Positions 36,624-49,680 of a DNA stretch of 64,000 nt are shown piece after piece. Source of the stretch: the human T2T-CHM13v2.0 reference genome, Homo sapiens. Numbering within the stretch: the first letter of the stretch is position 1; each line of letters begins with the position of its first letter. Under the pieces are notes generated by a model. The model saw nothing but the letters and a program-made list of their open reading frames with translations, searched no databases and was not told where the DNA came from. Made by a program: the position numbers and the translations under genes. The stretch spans positions 11,168,001 through 11,232,000 of the forward strand of contig CP086569.2 of assembly GCA_009914755.4 (NCBI GenBank), given 5' to 3'.

Positions 36624-36710
36624 CCTTTCTTTCAATAGTATCCCACTCTGTCACCCAGCCTGCAGTGTAGTGGCACAATCTCAGCTCGAATTTCATTCAC
36701 CTATCCATTC
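36624..36710 (-). mobile_element. Alu 3'-end-derived spacer, subtype C3
   Basis: C3-type signature. Confidence 0.65.
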
Positions 36711-36923
36711 CATTCCATTCCATTCCATTCCATTCAATTCCACTAAATCCACTCCACTCCAATCCATTCCAGTTCACTTCACTCCTTTCCAGTCCACGCA
36801 ACTCCTTTCCATTCCATACCATTCCATTCTTCTCCTTTCCACTCCACTCCAGTCTACTCCAATCACCTCCATTCCATTCCATTCCATTCCATTCCATTCC
36901 ATTCCATTCCATTCCATTCCATT

Positions 36924-37005
36924 CCTTTCTTTTGATAGGATCTCACTCTGTCACCCTGGCTGGTGTGCAGTGGCACAATCTCAGCTCACATTTCATTTCA
37001 ACATT
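36924..37005 (-). mobile_element. Alu 3'-end-derived spacer, subtype C1
   Basis: C1-type signature. Confidence 0.7.
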
Positions 37006-37760
37006 CCACTCCATTCCATTCCACTGCACTCTACTCCACTTAATTCCACTCCACTCCACTCCAATCAATTCCATTCCACTCCTTTCCACTCCATTCCATT
37101 CCATTCCACTCCAATCCACTTCACTCCACTAAACTCCACTCCACTCTACTGCATTCCATTCCGTTCCATTACAATCCACTCTATTCCACTCCATTCCACT
37201 CCACTCCACTCCAGTCCATTCCATTTCATTCCACTCCAATTCATTCCATTCCATTCTACTTCACTCCACTCCATTCCATTTCATTTCATTCCATTCCATT
37301 CCACTCCACTCCACTCCATTCCATTCCATTCCACACCCCTCCAATCCACTTAATTCCACTCCACTTCACTTCCTTCAATTCCACTCCTCTCCAATCCATT
37401 CCTCTCCACTCCATTCTATTCCACTCCAATCGATTCCATTCCACTCCTCTCCATTCCATTCCGTTTCACTCCACTCCCCTCCACTCCATTCCACTAAACT
37501 GCACTCCACACCACTCCATTCCATTCCACTCCACTCCATTCCATTCCACTTCACTCCATTCCACTCTATTGAACTCCACTCCAGTCCATTCCATTCCATT
37601 CTATTCCACTCCATTCCATTCCTCGCTATTCCACTCCACTCCATTCCACTCAACTCCACTTCATTCCACTCCATTCCAGTCCACTCGACTCTACTCGAGT
37701 CCAGTCCACTCCACTACCCTCCATTCCATTCCATTCCATTCCATTACATTACATTGCACT

Positions 37761-37895
37761 CCGATCCACTCCACTCCACTCCACTCCAGTCCTTTCCATT
37801 CCCTTCCATTCCCTTCCATTCCTTTCCACTCCGATCCACTCCACTCCACTCCAGTCCTTTCCATTCCCTTCCATTCCCTTCCATTCCTTTCCACT
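37761..37895 (+). repeat. Tandem duplication, ~70 bp + ~65 bp
   Basis: CCGATCCACTCCACTCCACT(CCACT)CCAGTCCTTTCCATTCCCTTCCATTCCCTTCCATTCCTTTCCACT is repeated twice. The second copy lacks one CCACT. Confidence 0.85.
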
Positions 37896-38215
37896 CCGTT
37901 CCGTTCCACTCCACTCCACTCCAATGCATTCCATTACATACGAATCCATTCCACTCCAATCCACTCCTCTCCACTCCACTGCACTCCACTCCATTCCACT
38001 CTATCCCATTCCATTCCACTCCATTCCACTGCACTTCACTCTACCCCTTATCACTACACTGCATTATCTTCCATTCCATCCCATTCTGCTCCACTTCACT
38101 ACATTCCACTACACTTCACTCCACTCCATTCCACTCCAGTACACTGCATTCCATTCCATTCCATTCCATTCCATTCCATTCCATTCCATTCCATGGCACT
38201 GCATTCCATTCCATT

Positions 38216-38300
38216 GCTTTCTTTCGAGAGTATCTCACTCTGTCACCCATCCTGGAGTGCAGTGGCACAATCTCAGCTCACATTTCATTTCACCATTCCA
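38216..38300 (-). mobile_element. Alu 3'-end-derived spacer, subtype C3
   Basis: C3-type signature. Confidence 0.7.
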
Positions 38301-38472
38301 TTTCATACCATTCCATTCCACTCCACTCCACTAGACTCCACTCCAATCCATTCCACTCCACTTCACTTCACTCCATTGCAGTCCACTCCACTCCTTTCCA
38401 GTCCATCCCATTTCTTTCCACTCCGCTCCACTCCACTCCATTCCATTCCATTCCACTGCTCTCCAGTCCATT

Positions 38473-38555
38473 CCTTTCTTTTGACAGAATATAACTCTGT
38501 CACCCAGGCCCGTCTGCAGCGGCACAATCTCAGTGCATATTTCATTCCACCATTC
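38473..38555 (-). mobile_element. Alu 3'-end-derived spacer, subtype C1
   Basis: C1-type signature (variant). Confidence 0.6.
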
Positions 38556-38684
38556 CATTCCATTCCATTTAATTCCGTTCCACTGCACTCCACTCCACTG
38601 CACTCTATTCCACTCCACTCCACTCCATTCCATTCCATTCCATTCCATTCCATTCCATTCCATTCCATTCCATTCCATTCCACT

Positions 38685-38765
38685 TCTTTCTTTCAACATA
38701 TTCTCCCTCTGTCACACAGGCAGCAGCGCAGTGGCAAAATCTCAGCACACGTTTCTTTTTGCATT
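38685..38765 (-). mobile_element. Alu 3'-end-derived spacer, subtype D
   Basis: D-type signature. Confidence 0.6.
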
Positions 38766-38935
38766 CCATTTCATTCCATTCTATTCCATTCCAATCCCCT
38801 CCACTGCTTTCCACGCCACTCCACTTCACCCCATTCCATTCCACTCTACTCTACGCCATTCCACTCCTTTTCATTCCATTCCACTCCTTTCCTCTCCACT
38901 GCACTTCATTCTATTCCACTCCTTTCCATTTCAAT

Positions 38936-39020
38936 ATTTTCTTTTGACAGGATCTCACTCTGTCACGCAGGATGGAGTGCAGTGGCACACTCTCAGCTCA
39001 TATTTCATTTCACCATTCCA
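38936..39020 (-). mobile_element. Alu 3'-end-derived spacer, subtype C1
   Basis: C1-type signature. Confidence 0.7.
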
Positions 39021-39126
39021 TTTTATTCCACTCGCCTCCATTCCATTCCATTCCACTCCACTCCAATCCTCTCCATTTTACTTCCCTCCACTCCATTCCA
39101 TTCCATTCTACTCCATTCCGTTACAT

Positions 39127-39210
39127 TCATTTATTTTGACTGGATCTCACTCTGTCACCCAGACTGAAGTGCAGTGGCAAAATCTTAGCTCACATTTCAT
39201 TTCACCATTC
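39127..39210 (-). mobile_element. Alu 3'-end-derived spacer, subtype C2
   Basis: TTTATTTTGACTGGATCTCACTCTGTCACCCAGACTGAAGTGCAGTGGCAAAATCTTAGCTCACATTTCATTTCACC. Confidence 0.7.
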
Positions 39211-41062
39211 CATTCCATGCAATTACAGTCCATTCCAATACATTCCATTCCTTTCCATTCCATCACACTCCACTCCACGCCACTCCATTTCAGTCCACTA
39301 TGATACATTGGACTCCAAACATTCCATTCCACTCCATGCCCTTCCATTCCATTTCATTCCACTTCACTCCACAGCACTCCACTCCACTCAATTCAAGTCC
39401 ACTCTACTTCACTCCACTCCACTCCGTTCCAATCCATTCCACACCACTCCTTTGCATTCCACTCTACTCCATACCATTCCACTCCATTCCACTGCACTCC
39501 ACTACATTCCTTTCGACTCCATTTTATTCCATTCCATTCCATTCATTTCCATTCCATTCCATTCCACTCTGTTCCATTCCATTCCATTCCGTTCCAATCC
39601 ATTCCATTCCATACCATCCCATTGCACTCCATTCCACTCCATTCCATTCCATTCAACTACATTCCACGCCACTCTATTCCCTCCCATAGCATTCCATTCC
39701 ATTCCACTCCACCTCACTCCATTCCACTCCACTCCACTCCATTCTACTCCATTCCACTCCACTCCACTCCACTCCATACTATTCCTCTCCACTCCACTCC
39801 ATTCCACTCGATTCCGCTCCATTCCTCTCCACTCCACTCCATTACACTCCATTCTACTCCACTCCACTCCATTCCATTCCATTCCATTCCATTCCACTAC
39901 TCTCCATTCCATTACACTCCACTCTATTCCATTCCATTCCACTCCGTTCAACTCCATTCTATTCCATTCCTTTCCATTCCACTCCACTCCAATCCACTCG
40001 ATACCACTCCACTCCATTCCATACCATTCCACTTCATTCAACTCCATTACACTCAACTCCATTCGACTCCACTGCAATCCATTCCATTCCATTCCCTTCC
40101 AATCCACTCTATTCCATTCCACTCCACTCCATTCCACTCCACTCCTCTCCATTCCACTCCACTCCTCTCCATTCCACTCCACTCCAGTCAACTCCATTCC
40201 ACTCCACTCAAATCCATTCCACTCCCCTCAACTCCATTCCACTCCACTCTCTTCCATTTCACTCCAATCCATTCCATTATGTTCTACTCCAACCTACTCT
40301 ATTCCATTCCATTTCATTCCATTCCACTCCCCGCCACTGCACTCATTTCCATTTCATTCCATTCCACTCCATTCCACTCCACGCCTCTCCACTTCTCTCC
40401 ACTCCATTCAATTCCATTCCATTGCATTCCACTCCTTTCCACTCCACTCCATTCCACTTTACTCCATTGCATTCTGTTCCACTCCACTCCATTCCATTCC
40501 ATTCCACTGCAACCCATTCCATTCCTCTCCATTCTTTTCCACTCCAGTCCATTCCACTCACCTACATTTAACTCCATTCCACTCCATTCCACTCCACTAC
40601 ACTCCTCTTCACTCCTCTCCATTCCATTTTTCTCCTTTCCTTTCCAATCCACCCCATTCCATTCCATTCCACTCCACTCCATTCCAGTCCACTTTTTTCC
40701 ACTCCACTCCACTACATTCCGTTCCACTCCAGTCTACTCCAGTACACTCCACTCCACTCCATGTCACTCAACTACACTATTTTATATCCAATTCCATTTC
40801 ACTCTATTCCACTCCTCTCCCTTCCACTGCCCTTCACTCCACTCCATTAAACTACATCCTGTTCCATTCCCCTCCATTCCAATGCACTCCACTTCTCCCC
40901 ACTCCACTCCACTTCATTCCTTTTCATTCCACCCCATTACATTCCTCTCCATTGCATTACAATCCACTTCAGTCCTCTCCACTCCACTCCAGTCCACTCC
41001 TTTCATTCCATTCCGTTCCATTCCATTCCATCCCATACATTCCACTCTATTCCATTCCATTC

Positions 41063-41145
41063 CTTTCTTTAGAAAGTATCTCACCCTGTCACACAGCCTG
41101 GATTTCAGTGGCACAATCTCAGATCCCATTTCATTTCACCATTCC
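41063..41145 (-). mobile_element. Alu 3'-end-derived spacer, subtype C3
   Basis: C3-type signature (variant). Confidence 0.6.
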
Positions 41146-41324
41146 ATTCCATTCCATTCCATATCATTCCATTCCACTCCACTGCACTCCACTCCACTCC
41201 ACTCCACTCCATTCCATTCCAATCCACACCTTTCCATTCCATCTCATTCCATTCCTCTCCTTTCCACTCCACTCCACTCCACACCACTCCTGTCCATTCA
41301 ATTCCACTCCATTCCGTTCCGTAC

Positions 41325-41405
41325 ATTTATTTTGACAGGATCTCACTCTGTCTCCCAGGCTGGTGTGCAGTGGCACAATCTCAGCTCACATTTTATTTTG
41401 CCATT
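41325..41405 (-). mobile_element. Alu 3'-end-derived spacer, subtype C2
   Basis: C2-type signature (TTTATTTTGACAGGATCTCACTCTGTCTCCCAGGCTGGTGTGCAGTGGCACAATCTCAGCTCACA). Confidence 0.7.
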
Positions 41406-41515
41406 CCATTCCATTCCATTCAGTTTCACTGCACTCCACTCCTGTCCACTCAATTCCACTCCACTCCACTCCAATCCTTTCCATTCAATTCCATTCCAAT
41501 CCCTTGCATTCCACT

Positions 41516-41600
41516 CCTTTCTTTCGAAAGGATCTCCCTCTGTCACACAGGCTGTAGCACAGTGACACAATCTCAGCACACATTAATTTCACCATTCCAT
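41516..41600 (-). mobile_element. Alu 3'-end-derived spacer, subtype D
   Basis: D-type signature. Confidence 0.65.
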
Positions 41601-41791
41601 TCCATTCCATTCCATTCCGCTCCATTCCATTCCATTCCACTCCACTCCACTCCTTTCCACTCCACTCCACTCCATTCCATTCCACTCTACTCCACTCCAC
41701 TACACTCTATTTCATTCCATCCCTTTCCATTCCACTCCTATCCAATCCACTCCTCTCCATTCCATTCCATGCCACTGCATTCCATTCTAAT

Positions 41792-41875
41792 ATTTTCTTT
41801 TGACAGGATATCTCTGTCACCCAGGCTGGAGTGCAGTGGCACAATCTCAGCTCACATTTCATTTCATCATTCTAT
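41792..41875 (-). mobile_element. Alu 3'-end-derived spacer, subtype C1
   Basis: C1-type signature. Confidence 0.7.
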
Positions 41876-42026
41876 TCCATTCCATTCCATTCCATTTCCC
41901 TAAATTCCATTCCTTTCCACTCCACTCCACTCGACTACTCTCCTCTCCACTCCATTCCATTCCATTCCATTCCATTCCATTCCATTCCATTCCATTCCAT
42001 TCCATTCCACTCCATTCCATTCCACT

Positions 42027-42110
42027 CCTTTTTTTCGACTGGATCTCACTCTGTCACCCAGACTGGAGTGCAGTAGCTCTATCTTAGCTCATATTTCATT
42101 TAACTATTCC
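42027..42110 (-). mobile_element. Alu 3'-end-derived spacer, subtype C1
   Basis: C1-type signature (variant). Confidence 0.6.
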
Positions 42111-42962
42111 GTTCCATTCCATTCCATTCCGTTCTAGTCAATTTCATTCCAGTACACTCCACACCACTCCACTCCATTCCATTCCACTCCATTCCACTCC
42201 ACTCCACTCCATTCCCTTCTACTCCATTCCATTCAATTCCCTACCATTCCATTCCATTCCACTCCACTCCAGTCTACTCCACTTCACTACATTCCATTCT
42301 ATTCCATTCCATTCCATTCCACTCCACTCCACTCCTCTCCACTCCATTCCACTAAATTCCACTCTGCTGCATTCCATTCTACTCTACTATAATACACTCT
42401 ACTCCATGCCACGCCACTCCACTCCACTCAAATGCATTCCACTCCATTGTACTCAATTCCTCTCCACTCCCCTCAACTCCAATCCATTGCACTCCATTCT
42501 ACTTCATTTCATTCCATTCCATTCCACTTCACTCCATTACATTCCATTCCACTCTACTCCATTCCATTCCATTCCATTCCCCTCCACTCCGTTCCATTCC
42601 ATTCCATTCCATTCCATTCCATTCCATTCCATTCCACTCCACTCCTCACCACTCCACTCCACTCCATTCCATTCCATTCCTTTCTCTTCCAATCCATTCC
42701 ACTCTGCTCCACCCCACTCCACTCCATTCCACTCAAATCAATTCCATTCCACTCCATTCCACTCCATTCCACTCCACTCCATTCCAGTCCACTCCATTCC
42801 TCTTCACTCTACTCCATTCCACTCCACTTAATTCCACTCCAGTCCACTCTAGTCCAATCCCTTCCACTCCAATCCACTCCTCTCAATTTCATACCCCTGC
42901 ACTCCATTCCATTCCACTGCACTCCAATCCACTACACTCAACTCTACTCCACTCCACTCCTC

Positions 42963-43012
42963 TAGGCTCTGTTTGGTTCCATTTGTTTTCTTCTGTTCCT
43001 TTCAACTTCAAT
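42963..43012. other. Short unique non-pentameric insertion of unknown origin
   Basis: AGGCTCTGTTTGGTTCCATTTGTTTTCTTCTGTTCCTTTCAACTTC. It has no pentamer periodicity and is not of the Alu-spacer type. Confidence 0.5.
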
Positions 43013-43131
43013 CCACTCCATTCCTTCCCCCTCAACTACATTCCATTACATCAGATTCCATTTCACACCATTCCACTCCTCTCCACTCCACTCCACTCCA
43101 TTCCATTCCATACCACTGCATTCCATTCCAA

Positions 43132-43215
43132 TATTTTCTTTCGACAGAATCTCACTCTGCCACCCAAGTTGAAGCGCAGTGGCACAATCTCAGCTCACAT
43201 TTCATTTCACCATTC
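43132..43215 (-). mobile_element. Alu 3'-end-derived spacer, subtype C1
   Basis: C1-type signature. Confidence 0.65.
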
Positions 43216-43639
43216 CATTCTCCTCCATTCCATTTCATTCCACTCCACTCCACTCCTCTCCATTACACTCCACTCCACTCCATTTTATTCCACTCCACTT
43301 CATTCCATTCCACTCCATTCCATTCCACTCTATTCCATTTCATTCCACTCCACTCCACTCCACTCCATTCCACTCCACTCCACTCCATTCCATTCTACTC
43401 CATGCCATTCCATTCCACTCAATTGAATTCGACTTCGTTCCATTCCAGTCCACTCCACTCCACTCGACTCCATTTCAGTCTGCTCCATTCCATTCCATTC
43501 CACTCCATCCCATTCCATTTGACTCCATTCCACTCCACTTCACTACATTCTACTCCACTCCACTCCACTCCACTCCACTCCACTCCACTCTACTCCACTC
43601 TATTCCATTCCATTCCATTCCATTCCATTGCATTCCATT

Positions 43640-43735
43640 ACTTTCTTTTGGCAGGATATCACTGTGTCACCCAGGCTGAATTGCAGGTTTACAATCTCAG
43701 CTGACATTACATGTCTTCTTTCCATTGCATTGCAT
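43640..43735 (-). mobile_element. Alu 3'-end-derived spacer, subtype A
   Basis: A-type signature (variant). Confidence 0.6.
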
Positions 43736-44434
43736 TGCATTCCATTCCATTCCATTTTATTTCATTCCATTCCATTGCATACCATTCCATTCCATTCCAC
43801 TCCATTCAGTTCCACTCCACTGCACTCCAATCCACTCCACTCCACTCCACTCCACACCACTGAACTCCACTCCACTCCACTCCATTCCATTCCACTCCAT
43901 TCAACTCCACACCATTCCACTCCATTCCTCTCAACTCCATTTCACTCCACTCCACTCCATTCCACTCCTCTCCATTCCATGCCATTCTACTGCAGTCCAC
44001 TCCACTCCATTCCACTCCACTCTCCACCATTCCATTTTATTCCTCTCCTTTCCACTTTTCTCCACTCCATTCAATTCGACTCCACTGCAGTCCACTCAAC
44101 TCCACTACATTCCACTCCACTCCACTCATTTCCAATCATACCATTCCATTCCAGTCCACTCCACTCCATTCCATTACACTCCATTCGACTCCATTCCATT
44201 CCATTCCACTTCATCCACTCCATTCCATTCCACTCCACTCCATTCCACTCCTCTCCACTCCATTCCACTCCCCTCCGCTCCATTCCTTTCCACTCCACTC
44301 CTCTCCATTCCACTCCACTCCACTCCATTCCACTCCTCTCCACCCCATTCTACTCCACACCACTCCATTCCGATACACTCCGTTCCACTCCATTCCTTTA
44401 TATTCCATTCCTTTTCACTCCATTGCATTCCATT

Positions 44435-44530
44435 CCTTTCTTTTGACAGGATATCGCTGTGTCACCCTTGCAGGAGTGCAGTGACACAATCTCAACTCTG
44501 ATTACATGTCAACTTTCCATTTCATTGCAT
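44435..44530 (-). mobile_element. Alu 3'-end-derived spacer, subtype A
   Basis: A-type signature (variant). Confidence 0.6.
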
Positions 44531-44865
44531 TATATTCCATTCCATTCCATACCATTCCACTCAATTCGTTTCCACTCCACTCCACTGCAATCTACTCCAC
44601 ACCACTCCACTCCATGCTGCTCCATTCCACTCCACTCCTCTCCACTCCATTCCATTCCACTCCATTCCACTCCACACCATTCCATTCCATTCCACTCCAC
44701 TCTCTTACACTCCACTCCACTCCATTGCACTCCACTGCATGCCATTCAACCCCACTCCAATCCAATCCACTCCACCTCTTTCCACTCCTCTCCATTCCAC
44801 TCCACTACACTCCAGTCCTTTCCATTCCACTCCGTTCCTCTCTATTCCACTCCATTCCACAACAC

Positions 44866-44912
44866 TCTACTCCACTCCACTCCACTCCACTCCACTCCAC
44901 TCCACTCCACTA
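44866..44912 (+). repeat. (ACTCC)9 run
   Basis: CTCCACTCCACTCCACTCCACTCCACTCCACTCCACTCCACTAC. Confidence 0.85.
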
Positions 44913-44961
44913 CATTCCATTCCTTTCCATTCCATTCCATTTCACTCCATTGCATTCAATT

Positions 44962-45055
44962 ATTTCTTTGGACAGGATATCACTGTGTCACTTAGGCTGG
45001 ATTCAAGTGGCACAATCTCAGCTCACATTACGTGTCAGCTTTCATTGCATTGCAG
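44962..45055 (-). mobile_element. Alu 3'-end-derived spacer, subtype A
   Basis: A-type signature (variant). Confidence 0.6.
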
Positions 45056-45381
45056 TCTATTCCATTTCATTCTCTTCCATTCCATTCCTTTCCATTCCAC
45101 TCTCTTCCACTCCACTCCACTCCACTACATTCCATTACATCCGAGTGCATTCCACTCCATTCCATTCCTCTCCAATGCACACCACTCCACTCCATTCCAC
45201 TCGATCCCATTCAATTATGCTCCATTCCACCTCATTCCCCTACACCCCACTCCACTCCACTTCGGTCCATTCCATTGCATCCCATTCAATTCCTCTCCAT
45301 TTCACTCCACTCCACTTCTCTCCACTTCACTGCACTCTTGTCCAATCCATTCTATTCCATTCCACTGCATTCCATTAAATT

Positions 45382-45465
45382 CCTTTCCCTCAAGAGTATC
45401 TCACTTTGAAACCCTGCCTGGAGTGCAGTGGCACAATCTCCGTTCCCATTTCATTTCACGATTCC
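45382..45465 (-). mobile_element. Alu 3'-end-derived spacer, subtype C3
   Basis: C3-type signature (diverged). Confidence 0.55.
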
Positions 45466-45624
45466 ATTCCATTCCATTCCACTCCACTCCAATCCATTCC
45501 ATTCCACTGCACTCCCTTCCATTCCAGTCCACTCCACTTCTTTCCATTCCGTCACACACCAATCCACTCCTTTCCACTCCACTCCCCTCCATTCCATTCG
45601 ATTGCACTCCATTCCATTCCATTC

Positions 45625-45710
45625 CTTTATTTTGATTGGATCTCACTCTGTCACGCAGGCTGGTGTGCAGTGGCACAATCTCAGCTAAGATTTCATTTCA
45701 CCATTCGTTT
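45625..45710 (-). mobile_element. Alu 3'-end-derived spacer, subtype C2
   Basis: C2-type signature (TTTATTTTGATTGGATCTCACTCTGTCACGCAGGCTGGTGTGCAGTGGCACAATCTCAGCTAAGA). Confidence 0.65.
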
Positions 45711-46074
45711 CCATTCCATTCCATGGCACTTCACTCCACTAGAATCAATTTTACTCCATTCCTCTCCACTCCAAACCATTCCCTTCCATTCCATTCTAAT
45801 CCATTCCACTCCACTACCCTCCACTCCACTCCACTCCATTCAACTACACTACATTCCACCTCACTCCATCCCATTCCACTCCACTCCATTCCACTCCACT
45901 CCGCTATAGTCCCCTCTAATCCACTCCACTCCACTCCATTCCGTTCTACTCCACTCCATTCCATTCCCCTCTGATCCCCTCCACTCCACTCCATTCCATT
46001 CCATTCCATTTCGTTCCGTTCCATTCCATTCCATTCCATTCCATTCCATTCCATTCCATTCCATTCCATTCCAT

Positions 46075-46160
46075 TCCTTTCCTTTCCACGGGATCTCACT
46101 CTGTCTAAAATTCTGGAGTTCAGTGGTACAATCTCAGCTAACATTTATTTTCACCATTCC
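46075..46160 (-). mobile_element. Alu 3'-end-derived spacer, subtype B
   Basis: B-type signature (variant). Confidence 0.6.
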
Positions 46161-46320
46161 ATTTCTTTCAATTCCTTCCCAGTCCATTCCACTCTATTTC
46201 ACTCCACTCCTCTCCACTCCACTCCATTCCATTCCTCTTCATCCCATTCCATTCAACTCCACTCCAATCCACTCCACTCCATTCCATTCCATTCTATTTC
46301 CCTCCATTACATTGCATTCC

Positions 46321-46415
46321 TTTCTTTCGACGGGATATCACGGTGTCACTGAGGCTGGAGTGCAGTGGCACAATCTCAGCTCTCATTACATGTCAACTTT
46401 CAATTGCATTGCATT
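46321..46415 (-). mobile_element. Alu 3'-end-derived spacer, subtype A
   Basis: A-type signature. Confidence 0.7.
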
Positions 46416-46726
46416 CTATTCCATTGCATTTCATTGCGTTCCATTCCATTCCATTCCAGTGCATTCCATTACATTCCATTACATTCCTGTTCATTCAATG
46501 CCATTCCTTTCCACTCCATTCTACTCCACTCCACTCTACTACATTACATTACATGCAATTCCATTCCTCTCCATTCCCCTCCTCTCCACTCCACAGCCCA
46601 CCACCCCACTCCATTGCACTGCCTCCCATTCCTTTCCACTCCATTCTACTGCAATCCACTCCACCCCACTCCACTCCACTTCATTCCATTTCATCCCATT
46701 CCATTCCAATCCCTTCCATTCCACTC

Positions 46727-46805
46727 CTATCTTTCGACAGGATCTCTTTCTGTCACACAGTCTGTAGCGTAGTGACACAATCTCAACACACATTTCTTTT
46801 AACCA
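46727..46805 (-). mobile_element. Alu 3'-end-derived spacer, subtype D
   Basis: D-type signature. Confidence 0.65.
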
Positions 46806-47212
46806 TTCCATTCCATTCCTTTCTATTCCATTCCATTCCATTAGATTACATTACATTACATTACACTCCACACCACTCCAGTCCACTCCACTCCACTCCA
46901 CTCCACTCCTGTCCATTCCATTTCACTTCACTCCACTCTAAACATTGCACTGCACTCCACTCCTCTCCAATACATTCCACTCCATTCTATCCCACTCCAC
47001 TCCACTCCACTCTGTTTCACTCCACTCCATTCCAATCCACTCCACTCCATTCCATTCCACTCCACTCCACTCCATCCATTCCACTCCACTCCATTCCATT
47101 AAATTCCATTCCATTCCATTTCACTCCACTCCACTCCACTCCACTCCATTCCATTCCACTCCACTCATCTCCACTCCTTTCCTTTCCATTCTATTCCATT
47201 ACATTGCACTTC

Positions 47213-47310
47213 ATTACTTTCTTTTGACAGGATATCACTGTGTCACTCAGGTTGGAGTGCAGTGGCACAATCTCAGCTCACATTACATGTCAACTTTTCT
47301 TTTTATTGCA
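47213..47310 (-). mobile_element. Alu 3'-end-derived spacer, subtype A
   Basis: A-type signature. Confidence 0.7.
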
Positions 47311-47672
47311 TTCTATTCAATTACATTCCATTGCATTCCATTCCATTCCATTCCATTCCATTCTATTCCATTCCACACCATTCCACTCCACTCCACTCCC
47401 CTCAGCTACATTCCATTGCATCCGATTCCATTCCATTCCATTCCACTCCTCTCCCCTCCACTGCACTTCACTACACTCCATTCCACTCCATCCCATTCCA
47501 TTCGGCTCCATTCCACTGCACTCCCCTCCACCCCAATCCACTCCACTTAAATCCATTCCATCCCATTCCATTCCTCTCGATTCCACTCCAATCCACTTCA
47601 CTCCACTCCACTCCAATCCAGTCCACTCCATTTCATTGCATTCCATTCCATTCCACTCCATTTCATTCCATT

Positions 47673-47755
47673 CCTTTCTTTCAAGAGTATCTCACTCTGT
47701 CACCCATACTGGAGCACAGTGGCAGAATCTCACCTCACATTTCATTTCACCATTC
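47673..47755 (-). mobile_element. Alu 3'-end-derived spacer, subtype C3
   Basis: C3-type signature. Confidence 0.65.
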
Positions 47756-48190
47756 CATTCCATTCCATTCCATTCCATTCCATTCCATTCCATTCCACTG
47801 CACTCCACTCCAATCCACTCCAGTCCACTCCGCTCCACTCCACTCCACTCCTTTCCATTCCATTTCACTTCACTCCATTCTACTCATTCCACTCCACACC
47901 ACTCCACTCCCATCCATTCCACACCATTTCATCCCACTCCACTCCACTGCACTTCACTCCATTCCACTCCAATCCACTTCACAGCATTCCACTCCACTCC
48001 ACTCTATTTCACTCCACTCCATTCCATTCCACTCTACTCCACTTCACTCCATTCCAAACCCTTCCACTCCACTGCACTCCACTCCATCCATTCCACTTCA
48101 CTCCATTCCACTCCATTCCATTCCACTGCATTTCATTCCACTCCACGCACCTTCACTCCACTCCATTCCATTCCACTCCATTCCGTTCCA

Positions 48191-48270
48191 TTTTTTTTCT
48201 TTCCACAGCATCTCTCTCTGTCACAAAGGCTGCAGTGCAGTGGCACAGTCAGCTTCATTTCTTTTCACCA
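48191..48270 (-). mobile_element. Alu 3'-end-derived spacer, subtype B with small internal deletion
   Basis: TTTTTTTTCTTTCCACAGCATCTCTCTCTGTCACAAAGGCTGCAGTGCAGTGGCACAGTCAGCTTCATTTCTTTTCACC. Confidence 0.6.
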
Positions 48271-48382
48271 TTCCATTGCATTCCATTCCATCCCTTTCCA
48301 TTCCACTCTATTTCACTCTACTCCACTCCACTCCATTCCATTCCATTCTATTACATTCCATTTCACTCCATTGAATTTCATT

Positions 48383-48480
48383 CCTTTCTTTCAACAAGAT
48401 ATTACTGTGTCACCCAGGCTGGAATGCTGTGGCACAATCTCAGCTCACATTGCATGTCAACTTTCCGTTGCATTGCATTC
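48383..48480 (-). mobile_element. Alu 3'-end-derived spacer, subtype A
   Basis: A-type signature. Confidence 0.7.
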
Positions 48481-48787
48481 TTTCCATTCCATTCCATTCC
48501 ACTCCGTTCCAGTCCACTCAACTCCACTCCACTACATTCCATTATATATGATTCCATTATACTCTATTCCACTACTCTCCACTCCGCTGCACTTCACTCC
48601 ACTCCACTGTACTCCATCCCATTCCATTGCGCTCCACTCCCCTGCACTCCAATCCACCCCACTCCACTTCATTACATTCCATTTCACCTCATTCCATTCC
48701 GCTCCATTCCACCCTACTCCACATCACTCCTCTCCCCTCCAACCCACTCCATTTCATTCCATTGCATTCAACTACATTCCATTCCAT

Positions 48788-48870
48788 TCCTTTCTTTCGA
48801 GAGTATCTCACTCTGTCACCCAGTCTGGAGCACAATGGCAGAAACTTAGCTCACATTTTATTTCACCATT
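48788..48870 (-). mobile_element. Alu 3'-end-derived spacer, subtype C3
   Basis: C3-type signature. Confidence 0.65.
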
Positions 48871-49065
48871 CCATTCCATTCAATTCCATTCCGTTCCACT
48901 CCACTCCACTCCACTCCATTCCAATCCATTCCACTCCACTCCACTCCACTCCATTCCAGTCTACTCCACTTCATTCTATACCATCCCATTCCATTCCCCT
49001 CCTTTCCACTCCACTCCACTCCAGTCCATTGCATTCCATTACACTCCATTCCATTCCATTCCATT

Positions 49066-49150
49066 CCTTTCTTTTGACAGGATCTCACTCTGTAACCCAG
49101 GCTGGTGTGCAGTGACACAATCTCAGCTCACATTTCATTTCATCATTCCA
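49066..49150 (-). mobile_element. Alu 3'-end-derived spacer, subtype C1
   Basis: C1-type signature. Confidence 0.7.
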
Positions 49151-49263
49151 TTCCACTGCGTTCCATTCCACTGCACTCCACTCCACTCCACTCCACTCAA
49201 TTTCACTCCACTCCACTCCCATCCATTCCATTCCATTACATTCTAATCCCTTCTATTCCATTC

Positions 49264-49345
49264 CCCTCTTTTGACAGGGTCTCCCTCTGTCACGCAGGCT
49301 GTAGCATAGTGGCGAAATCTCAGTAAATATTTCTTTTCAACATTG
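49264..49345 (-). mobile_element. Alu 3'-end-derived spacer, subtype D
   Basis: D-type signature. Confidence 0.65.
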
Positions 49346-49680
49346 CATTCCACTCCTTTCCATTCCATTCTGTTCTATTCCATTCTGTTCCATTCCATTC
49401 TGTTCCATTCCATTCCGTTCCGTTCCATTCCACTCCACTCAACTCCATTCCACTCAACTCCACTGCACTCCACTCCACTCCACTCCATTCCATTCCAATC
49501 CATTCAAATCCACTCCACACCACTCCATTCTACTCCCCTCCACTCTACTCCACTCCACTCAATTCCACTGCACTCCACTCCTCTCCATTCCACTCCCCTC
49601 CATTTTCCACAACTCCACTCCACTTCATTCTACTCCACTCCACTCCATTCCATTCCATTCCAATTAATTCCATTCCATTC

